NCBI GenBank assembly: GCA_942490995.1
Contig: CALOBG010000065.1
Span: forward strand, 7,005-71,004
Source of the DNA: an uncultured Gammaproteobacteria bacterium
GTDB taxonomy: Bacteria > Pseudomonadota > Gammaproteobacteria > Ga0077536
Direction: 5' to 3'
DNA: 64,000 nucleotides
Shown: positions 53,340 to 61,051 of the stretch, in pieces
How the letters are laid out: each line of letters opens with the position of its first letter
Position numbering within the stretch: the first letter of the stretch is position 1
The notes under the pieces: generated by a model
Seen by the model: only the letters and a program-made list of their open reading frames with translations
Told to the model about the DNA's origin: nothing
Databases searched by the model: none
Made by a program: the position numbers and the translations under genes

Positions 53340-56231
53340 TCATAAGCGCTCAACCTGCATGCCGGCTTCACGCATGGCCGCCGCACTTGCGGCCCCGCCG
53401 ATGACCGCGGCGCAGCCGCGGTCGGCAACGAGGAAACGCTGCCCGACGCGAACCAGGTCGGCATGGGTAACCGCCAGAGCGGCGTCGCGATATTTTTTGC
53501 GATAAGCGTCATCGCGCCCGCACAGGGCATTGATGAACGCGCGTTCGGCTTCTCCGGCCGGGGAGCGCGGCTGATCGAGGGCGCGGATCGTGCCCAGGAT
53601 CGATTCCTCGACGCGCTGCGGGTCATTGTGATCGGTATACCACGCCAGCGCGCGGTCGAAATCGTGCAGGGTTTCGCGCAGACGTGGATCGCGGTAGGAG
53701 TAAAACCTGAACGTGCCGCTGTCGGAATCGTAGCCCGCGCCAGAGCCGTAGGCGCCGCCCTGCTCGCGTATCTCGCGATGCAGAAAACCATCCTGGAGGT
53801 AACGCGCGAGTACCGACATCACCGGGGCATCGTTCGACGATGCTTCAGCGGCGCTATACGCCTTGGCGCAGAAATTGACCTGCGAGTTCGTGATCCAGGC
53901 GTTGGCGGTATCGTGCTCCTCAAGTGCCGCATCGAAAGCGCGGAAGGGCGAGCTGCCGTGTTCGACCGCGGCGCTGAGCTGCGCGTGGGCGCCGCGCAGA
54001 ACGTCGCCTTCTCCGATCATCGCGATCCGGCGCGGGGCCTCAGCAAGCTTGTCCCGGATCGAAGCGAACAACTCAAACAGGGCGTCGAGCGCGGCGATGT
54101 CCAGCTGAGCGCTGGCGGTTCTCTGCAGCAGCTTGACCGCGCTGGGACCATCCCAGACTTCGTCCAGCGCGGCGGTGCGGGAAAGTGGACGCGCGGCGGC
54201 GAGGATTGCCAGATGGTGGCCACGCTCGGTGATCGACTGCTCGGCCTCGGCGCGTGATTGGCGCAGCAGCTCGTGCAGTCGCGCATGTTCGTCAAAGCGC
54301 ACGCCGGAAACGATCTCTTCGCTCGTGCAAATAATATCGTTGCGCTTGCGCGCGAGGCCTTTGCCCGAAACGATCAGCCAGGCGTGCGACGCATTGGCGT
54401 CGCCCAGTACCGGGCGCGACAGCGGATACACCGAATAAGTCCCACTCAGGACACGCCGCGCCTGCACGGCAAGGTAGTCTTCGCTGCCACAGCCCAGTTC
54501 CGTCACGTATTCGCACCACAGCGGCAGCACGCCGATCTCGGCAGCACTCAGCAGGGGCAGGCGCAATGCCAGTTTGATGCGGAACACGCCGTTCGTGCCG
54601 CACTCGTACTCAGCGATCGGTGCGGCCGTTCCGTGCACCGCAACGGGTTGCTGCAGTGGCTGTGCCGGCGGTACATCAGCGAGCGTGACGCGCGGCAGGA
54701 CGCGGTCATCGTCGATCTGCGCCTGGCGCTGACGCAGGGCCAGGGCGCGCTCATGCAAGGCGGCCAGCGCACGCGTATCCATGCCCGCGCGCAAGGCCTC
54801 GAGGCGGGCCGCCTCGCAGGCCGCGTCACGCGCATGCTTTTCACTGTCGGGACGCATCACGACGCGTACTCGATGCGGGTTGTCGAGCAATACGCGCGCA
54901 ACCAGGGCGCGCAGGTAGCCGGCCTCACCGATCCGCTTGCGCAGACGCGCGATGGCCGGTCCCAGATCGAGCAGGTCCAGCGCCGCGCCACGGTACATCG
55001 CCGCCGGCATCATCCGTCCCATGAGCTGTAGTCCGAACGGATAGCTGCCGCCGCCGATGTCTCGCTGCGCGAGTTCGAGGCGGTCGACTACCGCGTCGAG
55101 CGCGTCGGCATCCATACCATCGTCAGCAAACCTGGCGATAACCGCGACGATATCCCGTTCCAGGGCCTCGGCGTGCGCGACCTCGCTGCCCTCGACCCCG
55201 CACAGAAACACCAGCTGGCGGGTCGAGTCGTCGAGTCCGCACAGTTCCGACGGCGCCGACGCCAGCGTCGTCGACTCCAGGTAGTGCCGCAACGGCGAGG
55301 CGCCATGTTCGAGCAGGATGGTCTCCAGCAGATGGCCCTCGATGAAAGCATCGGCGTCGGCACTCGTGCCGAACATCCAGCCCCAGACGATATGCGTTTG
55401 CGCCGCGCCGTCCTCGTCGACGGCATAGCTGAATTCGTGTTCGCGTGGCGCGATGAACGGCGATTGCAGCGGGCTTACCAGCTGCGAGCGGCGTTCGTCG
55501 AAATGGTCGAGTGCCAGCTCGGCGAAGCGGGCGTGCTGTTCGGCGACCGGGAAATTGCCGTAGGTCATCAGCACCGCGTTCGACGGGTGGTAGTGGCGGG
55601 CATGGAAAGCGCGCAGTTGTTCATGACTCAGGTCGGGAATGCGCAGCGGATCGCCGCCGCTGTTGTGGTGATACACCGCGTCCGGAAACAACACCGTATG
55701 CAGGTGTTGCCACAGTTGCGTCAGCGGTGAGCTCATGGCGCCCTTCATTTCGTTGTAGACCACGCCATGCAGTTCCAGCCTGCTATCCGCACCTTCGCCT
55801 CTGACCTCGACTCGCCAGCCTTCCTGGGCGAAATCGAGCGGATCCAGGCGCGGGAAAAACACCGCATCCAGGTACACGGCAAGCAGATTCTCATAGTCCT
55901 TGTGATTCTGGGTCGCGAACGGGTAGGCGGTGGCGTCGCCGCTGGTGAAGGCGTTCATATAGGTATTGAGCGAACGCCGCAGCATCATGAAAAACGGATC
56001 GCGCACGGGATAACGCCGCGAACCGCACAAGGTCGTGTGCTCGAGAATATGGGCTACCCCGGACGAGTCGTCAGGCAGGGTCGGGAACGCGATCATGAAT
56101 GCGTTGTGTGGATCCTCGCTGGCGAGGTGATAGTGCCGCGCGCCGGTCGGCTGATGTCGATATTGCGTATAGGTCACCCCCAGTGCCGCAACCGGAAAGG
56201 ACTCTACAACTTCGAACATTTGATTTGCCAT
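53340..56231 (-). CDS. M16C metallopeptidase (presequence protease/PreP-like insulinase)
   Basis: GVAHILEHTTLCGS (HxxEH), YPVRDPFF, MNAFT, GVVYNEMKG, REQGGAYG, SYRDP. Confidence 0.95.
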   Translation of the reverse strand: MANQMFEVVESFPVAALGVTYTQYRHQPTGARHYHLASEDPHNAFMIAFPTLPDDSSGVAHILEHTTLCGSRRYPVRDPFFMMLRRSLNTYMNAFTSGDATAYPFATQNHKDYENLLAVYLDAVFFPRLDPLDFAQEGWRVEVRGEGADSRLELHGVVYNEMKGAMSSPLTQLWQHLHTVLFPDAVYHHNSGGDPLRIPDLSHEQLRAFHARHYHPSNAVLMTYGNFPVAEQHARFAELALDHFDERRSQLVSPLQSPFIAPREHEFSYAVDEDGAAQTHIVWGWMFGTSADADAFIEGHLLETILLEHGASPLRHYLESTTLASAPSELCGLDDSTRQLVFLCGVEGSEVAHAEALERDIVAVIARFADDGMDADALDAVVDRLELAQRDIGGGSYPFGLQLMGRMMPAAMYRGAALDLLDLGPAIARLRKRIGEAGYLRALVARVLLDNPHRVRVVMRPDSEKHARDAACEAARLEALRAGMDTRALAALHERALALRQRQAQIDDDRVLPRVTLADVPPAQPLQQPVAVHGTAAPIAEYECGTNGVFRIKLALRLPLLSAAEIGVLPLWCEYVTELGCGSEDYLAVQARRVLSGTYSVYPLSRPVLGDANASHAWLIVSGKGLARKRNDIICTSEEIVSGVRFDEHARLHELLRQSRAEAEQSITERGHHLAILAAARPLSRTAALDEVWDGPSAVKLLQRTASAQLDIAALDALFELFASIRDKLAEAPRRIAMIGEGDVLRGAHAQLSAAVEHGSSPFRAFDAALEEHDTANAWITNSQVNFCAKAYSAAEASSNDAPVMSVLARYLQDGFLHREIREQGGAYGSGAGYDSDSGTFRFYSYRDPRLRETLHDFDRALAWYTDHNDPQRVEESILGTIRALDQPRSPAGEAERAFINALCGRDDAYRKKYRDAALAVTHADLVRVGQRFLVADRGCAAVIGGAASAAAMREAGMQVERL

Positions 56232-56381
56232 CGGGTGGGATCAGGCTCCGTTTGTGCAGTGGCGGCGCGCGCCGTTCGCGGTCCGCGTCTGATGCGCTGG
56301 CGCTTCGCGGCGCTATACTGCGTGATCGCTAAATGACGTTCCGCTGCCGCTCGCGCCGGACCGGACCCTGGAGAAACAGCC

Positions 56382-56864
56382 ATGCCTTCGTTCGATATCG
56401 TATCCGAGGTCGACCAGCACGAATTAACCAACGCCGTCGACCAGGCAACTCGTGAACTATCCACGCGTTTTGACTTCAAGGGCACGAATGCCCGCATTGA
56501 GCGCAATGATAATGTCATCACGCTCATTGCAGAAGCTGAATTTCAAACCCGGCAGATTCTCGAGATCCTGCAGAACAAGCTTGGCGGCCGGGGTATCGAC
56601 ATCGATTGCCTGGAACTCGGGACGGTATCGACGAATGTCGCCGAGGCGCGCCTGCCGATCACGGTGCGCGAAGGTGTAGACAAGGACCTGGCGCGCAAAA
56701 TGACCAAGCTGATCAAGGATTCGAAACTCAAGGTCCAGTCCCAGATCCAGCAGAACCAACTGCGGGTGACCGGCAAGAGCCGTAACGATCTGCAAAATGT
56801 GATCAGCATGCTCAAGGCGGCCAAGCTTGAATTTCCACTGCAGTTCAAGAATTTTCGCGATTGA
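56382..56864 (+). CDS. yajQ: YajQ-family nucleotide-binding protein
   Basis: MPSFDIVSEVD, RFDFKG, VQSQIQ..QLRVTGKSRNDLQ, QFKNFRD. Confidence 0.96.
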   Translation: MPSFDIVSEVDQHELTNAVDQATRELSTRFDFKGTNARIERNDNVITLIAEAEFQTRQILEILQNKLGGRGIDIDCLELGTVSTNVAEARLPITVREGVDKDLARKMTKLIKDSKLKVQSQIQQNQLRVTGKSRNDLQNVISMLKAAKLEFPLQFKNFRD

Positions 56865-56874
56865 GTGCTGGCCG

Positions 56875-57066
56875 GTGAGTTTCGATCAGAGCGAGGCCTT
56901 CTTTGACTGCCCGTATTGCGGCGAGCGCATCAGTATCCTGGTCGACCACAGCGTCGAATCGCAGGACTATATCGAAGACTGCGAAGTCTGCTGCCAACCA
57001 ATTTCACTGCGCCTTGAAATCGAGGCGGACCAGCTACGCGTGCGTGCCGCGCGCGACGACGGCTGA
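56875..57066 (+). CDS. CPXCG-motif cysteine-rich small protein
   Basis: CPYCGE...QDYIEDCEVCCQPI; GTG at 56875. Confidence 0.88.
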   Translation: MSFDQSEAFFDCPYCGERISILVDHSVESQDYIEDCEVCCQPISLRLEIEADQLRVRAARDDG

Positions 57067-57090
57067 ACGCCCGACTCCGGCAAAGCAGCA

Positions 57091-57408
57091 ATGGAACTGA
57101 GCGCGCTACTGCTGTGCGGCCTCACTTACGTGCTGTGGACATGGGTGATCCGAGGCCGCGAGATTGTCGATCGCGTGTCGAGCAGATTGTGTCGTGACCT
57201 GGATTTGCAGCGCCTCGACGGCTCCGTCGCACTCGCCGATCTCGGCCTCGAGCGCCGCCGACATAGCCTGTTGGTGCGACGGATTTACGCCTTCGAATAC
57301 TCGACAAGTGGCAGCGACCGCCGTTCGGGGCGGGTCTGCCTGTTGAACACCGTGCCGGTATGGGCGCGCCTGGAACATCCGCAAGGCCCGCTCCACATCG
57401 ACTTATAA
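57091..57408 (+). CDS. DUF3301-like membrane-anchored protein
   Basis: N-terminal TM, C...LQRLDGSV, RIYAFEYS..G..RRSG. Confidence 0.75.
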   Translation: MELSALLLCGLTYVLWTWVIRGREIVDRVSSRLCRDLDLQRLDGSVALADLGLERRRHSLLVRRIYAFEYSTSGSDRRSGRVCLLNTVPVWARLEHPQGPLHIDL

Positions 57409-57443
57409 GCGCCCGATCCGGTGAGCGTGGAACCGCCCGCGCC

Positions 57444-60431
57444 TCAGTCGGCGTCGCTGCCCTGCAGGTGTTCGGCAAGTTCGTCGATCAAGGATTGGTC
57501 GTGATCCTTGGCGGCTTTACGGGCGGCCTCCGCGCGTTGCTTGATGCGTTCGATATGGGCTTTCTGATTGGCCAGCACTTCGCGCTGCTCGGCGCTGTTT
57601 TCGAGATCGGACTGTTCCGAGATCCAGGCGTCGAGCTCGTGCTTCAGATCGGCCCGGGCCTGTTCGACATGGACCTGGTGCGCGGCGAGATTCCCCGCTG
57701 AAGCGACCGCCTGCGCCTGCACGTCGGCACGCGCCTTCTCGGTACGAGCGACCTCTTCCGCGGCTAGATTGGCCGCGGCCTCGAGCTTCTCGAGGTCTTC
57801 GCGCGTATCGGAGTCAAGCTGAGGCGTTTCGCGCCTGAGCGACTCGATCTCGGCTTCGATGCGCTCGCGCTTTTCCTGGGCGGCGTCTTTTTCGCGCTGC
57901 GCGAGCTCAAGGGCGAGACGCAGACGTTTCGATTCGAGTTCAAGGCGCTCGCGCTCGACGCGCATATCGGCCTCTTCCTGCATCCGCTTGCGTGCATGCG
58001 CGGCCTTGAACTCGGTGACTACCTTCTGCGCTTCGTCGGCTGCCGCGATGCGCGCGGCTTCGGCGGCGTCGCGCTCACGGCGCGCGCGCTGCAGTTCGAC
58101 CGCGTTGCGCGCCAGCTCCTGCTCCAGCGCGGCGCGTTCGGACTGGACCTTCTGGTTGAGTTCCTCGCGCAGGCGGCGCTTGAGCTCGATCTCCTGGCGT
58201 TCGCGCAGCGCCGCCTCGGCGGCACTGGCCTGCTCAACCTGCTCGAGTCGGTTCTGGTAGTCGCGGGCCTGCGCGAGCTGCGCGCGGGCCTGCGCGGACT
58301 GTTTCTCTACCCGTTCCTGCTCGTCGCGCAGACGCGCTTCGGCTTCCACCTTCTGCTGTTTGAGGCGTTGCAGTTCTTCGGCCTGCCAGGCATAGCTCTC
58401 ACGCAGTTTTGCTTCTTCGTCCTGCAGGCGCCGTTCCATCTCGGCTCGCACTTGCTCGACACGCAGTGCCTGCTCCTCGCGCTCGCGCTCGACCTGGCGC
58501 TCGGCTTCGGCCCGAGCCTGCTCGAGTTCTTCCTTCAGTCGTCGTGCTTCTGACAGTTCGCGCTGGGCCTGTTCCGCGGCCTGCTCGAGCTTGCCGCGTT
58601 CGGCCAGTTCGGCCTCGAGTTTCTGTTGCGCTTCGCGCGCTGCTTCTTCACGCGCGCGCTGAAGTTCGGCACTGGCTTTCTCGCGCTCGAGGGCAATCTG
58701 CTTTTCGGCTTCGCCCTGAGCGGCCTTGCGCGCGGCCTCGGTTTCGGCCCGGATCTCTTCCTCGCGGCGCTCGGCTTCGTGCCGTTCAGCCTGGTGACGT
58801 TGCTCAGCTTCCTGCTCGATCTGCTTGCGCGCGTCAAGCAACTCGGCATTGATTTTGGCCCGCTCGGCAGCGATCTGTTTTTCAGCTTCGTCCTGGGCTG
58901 CCTTGCGCGCCGCCTCGGCCGCGGCAAGCACGGCCTTTTCACGACGCTTGGATTCGAGTTTCTGCTCGGCCACCTGCTCGGCGAGCTTGCGCGCACGTGC
59001 GAGCTCGGCCTTGGCTTTCGCCTGCGCGGCCTTGATCTGTTTTTCGGCCTGCTCCTGCGCCGCCTTGCGGGCGGCAAGTGTGGCCGCCTGGATCGCACGC
59101 TCGCGGCTCAGGCGTTCCTCTTCGGCCCGTGCCGCGCTGGCCTGGGCTGCGCTGGCATGGGCCGCGCTATCGCTGGATTCGGCCAGCCGCAACTCGTTGA
59201 TCCCGAGTTTCACGCTCAGCGCGGCAGCTTCGGTAGCGGGGTCCTGCGGGCTCTCCTTGGCGCTTTTGTGCGAAGACGGCACCGGTGCGGGTGCCGGCGC
59301 GGGGCGATCGGCATCGGCGGTCGTGTCGTCTTCGCTGAGGCTGAGATCGACGTCACCATCGGAGGCCGGTACAGGGCTCGCTTCGCTATAGGCAACCAGG
59401 CCACCCTCAAGGAAATGCACGTCGAATCCACGTTCGGCGAGCAGAAACGCGGCCACGCAACTGAGTGAACCATCGTCGCAATAAACGAGGTAGGTTTTGC
59501 TCGAATCGAGCCGCCCGCTATGCATGCGCAGTGTATTTAGCGGATGGTTGATACTGTTTTTGAGTGCGTTGGCGGCGTGCTGCTCGGGAAAGCGAACATC
59601 AAGCCAGACCGCACCGCGCGTGGCTTCGATGTCACGCCCGGCGCTGAGGCTGACGGCGCTGAGCAGCGGTTTTTTGATCAGGTTGGAAAAATCTTCATTG
59701 CTCAGGCGGACAAGCTCACCGTCAGTGAGCATGGTTACGGTAGCGTTGCGCGGGCCACCGCCAACCAGCGCCTCTTCGCCGAAGGCATCGCCCGGACCAA
59801 TCAGGGCCAGGCGATAGCCGGACGCACTGGGACCGGAGGCGCGGGTGATCTCGGCGCGACCACGGACCACGACATAGTAGAAATCACCGTCGGCGTCCTG
59901 CTTCACGATGACGTCGCCCTGCGCCGCGGTGATGGTCTCCATACGGCTGAAAATACGGTGGATGTTCGACGCCGGCAGATTGGAAAACAGCTTCGACTGG
60001 AGCATGCGCGTCATCCAGTCGTCGTCTTCCTCGGAGTCAATTTCCGCAACCTGAAAGGCGCGCCGCTCCTGTTCAGCCTGGTCAGTGCGCATCTTGTCCA
60101 GTAAGGCGCGGTCGATACGCAATACGGACACAGCGCTTTCGGCGCGCGCCGACATCTTGCGTGGCTGGAGCTGGGCGAGCGCGTGCACGGCATCATCGCT
60201 GCCGCCGACCAGGCGCTGAATGGTCTGCCCGCCGCTGAGTAACTCGAGACGACCCTCGAGCAGATAAAAGGAGTACGGATCGGTGTCACCTTCGTTGAAC
60301 ACGAAAGCGCCACGTTCAAAATTCAGGACTTCGGACTGGTCCAGGATCTCGGCCTGGTTCTGCGGCGATAGCACGCCCAGCGGCACCAGGGTACTTACCA
60401 GCCCCTCAAAATTCGATTCCACTGCCGACAT
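57444..60431 (-). CDS. Giant cNMP-cNMP-rhodanese-coiled-coil protein, paralog A (995 aa)
   Basis: Start moved to ATG 60431 (MSAVESNF), which aligns with paralog B; degenerate CNB (LAQLQPRKMSA), canonical CNB (FGEEALVGGGPRNATV), rhodanese (WLDVR, YCDDGS, LEGG), long E/A/R/K/Q-rich helical region. Confidence 0.9.
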   Translation of the reverse strand: MSAVESNFEGLVSTLVPLGVLSPQNQAEILDQSEVLNFERGAFVFNEGDTDPYSFYLLEGRLELLSGGQTIQRLVGGSDDAVHALAQLQPRKMSARAESAVSVLRIDRALLDKMRTDQAEQERRAFQVAEIDSEEDDDWMTRMLQSKLFSNLPASNIHRIFSRMETITAAQGDVIVKQDADGDFYYVVVRGRAEITRASGPSASGYRLALIGPGDAFGEEALVGGGPRNATVTMLTDGELVRLSNEDFSNLIKKPLLSAVSLSAGRDIEATRGAVWLDVRFPEQHAANALKNSINHPLNTLRMHSGRLDSSKTYLVYCDDGSLSCVAAFLLAERGFDVHFLEGGLVAYSEASPVPASDGDVDLSLSEDDTTADADRPAPAPAPVPSSHKSAKESPQDPATEAAALSVKLGINELRLAESSDSAAHASAAQASAARAEEERLSRERAIQAATLAARKAAQEQAEKQIKAAQAKAKAELARARKLAEQVAEQKLESKRREKAVLAAAEAARKAAQDEAEKQIAAERAKINAELLDARKQIEQEAEQRHQAERHEAERREEEIRAETEAARKAAQGEAEKQIALEREKASAELQRAREEAAREAQQKLEAELAERGKLEQAAEQAQRELSEARRLKEELEQARAEAERQVEREREEQALRVEQVRAEMERRLQDEEAKLRESYAWQAEELQRLKQQKVEAEARLRDEQERVEKQSAQARAQLAQARDYQNRLEQVEQASAAEAALRERQEIELKRRLREELNQKVQSERAALEQELARNAVELQRARRERDAAEAARIAAADEAQKVVTEFKAAHARKRMQEEADMRVERERLELESKRLRLALELAQREKDAAQEKRERIEAEIESLRRETPQLDSDTREDLEKLEAAANLAAEEVARTEKARADVQAQAVASAGNLAAHQVHVEQARADLKHELDAWISEQSDLENSAEQREVLANQKAHIERIKQRAEAARKAAKDHDQSLIDELAEHLQGSDAD
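58590..59075 (-). repeat. Three in-frame tandem repeats AARKAAQxxAEKQI in paralog A
   Basis: Units start at 59075, 58913 and 58736 (periods of 54 and 59 codons). Confidence 0.85.
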
Positions 60432-60562
60432 TGATCTCACGCATGGGTTTCCGGTAGCCACATTTCTAACGCTGTGCTTACGCGACCGCGCCGCAGCAAC
60501 TGCTGAGCGGACTTCAAATATATGCACTCTTTGCAATTGACACATGGATGCCTTGCACTAAC

Positions 60563-60578
60563 TGTGAAGGGCATCACG
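60563..60578. promoter_or_regulatory. CRP/Vfr/Clp-type binding site in the divergent intergenic region
   Basis: TGTGA-AGGGCA-TCACG versus consensus TGTGA-N6-TCACA (9 of 10). Confidence 0.7.
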
Positions 60579-60804
60579 CTGAAATGTACCAAATCTGATG
60601 TAATTTTCGACGTGCCTCAGGCGTAACGGGCCTAAGCTGTCGAAACTTAAGCGATTTTTGGAAAAATACTCGAATCGCTCACAGTTTACCGAGCGCCGCC
60701 TCGCTGGCGGCGGGACAAGCGGCGGCGAAATCGCGCTGCGGCGTGTCAAGGGCGCGAATCAGCGTAGAATGTCGCTCGAATTCTAGCAGCGGAATCAGGC
60801 TACC

Positions 60805-61011
60805 GTGTCGAGCGAGGAAACCAAGTCAATTCAATACCATATCCTTGAATTGCAGACCGAGCACCGTGATCTCGATCAGATTGTGGCGACCCTGTCGGAC
60901 AACCCGGACGTTGACCAACTGCTGCTGCGACGCATGAAAAAACGCAAATTGTACCTAAAAGACGAGATCGCCCGACTCAAGAGCGAACTCATTCCCGATC
61001 TCGACGCATGA
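60805..61011 (+). CDS. DUF465/YdcH-family small helical protein
   Basis: LQTEHRDLD..DQLLLRRMKKRKLYLKDEI..LIPDLDA; GTG start; candidate -10 TAGAAT at 60765-60770. Confidence 0.92.
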   Translation: MSSEETKSIQYHILELQTEHRDLDQIVATLSDNPDVDQLLLRRMKKRKLYLKDEIARLKSELIPDLDA

Positions 61012-61051
61012 ACCGTCGCGCTGCGCCGCTTAACTCCGTGCACGCATTGCG

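Noticed and set aside
60432-60545. 38-aa N-terminal extension of paralog A in the ORF track (MCQLQRV...)
   Set aside because: The ATG at 60431 aligns with the start of paralog B, and the extension overlaps the predicted promoter region.
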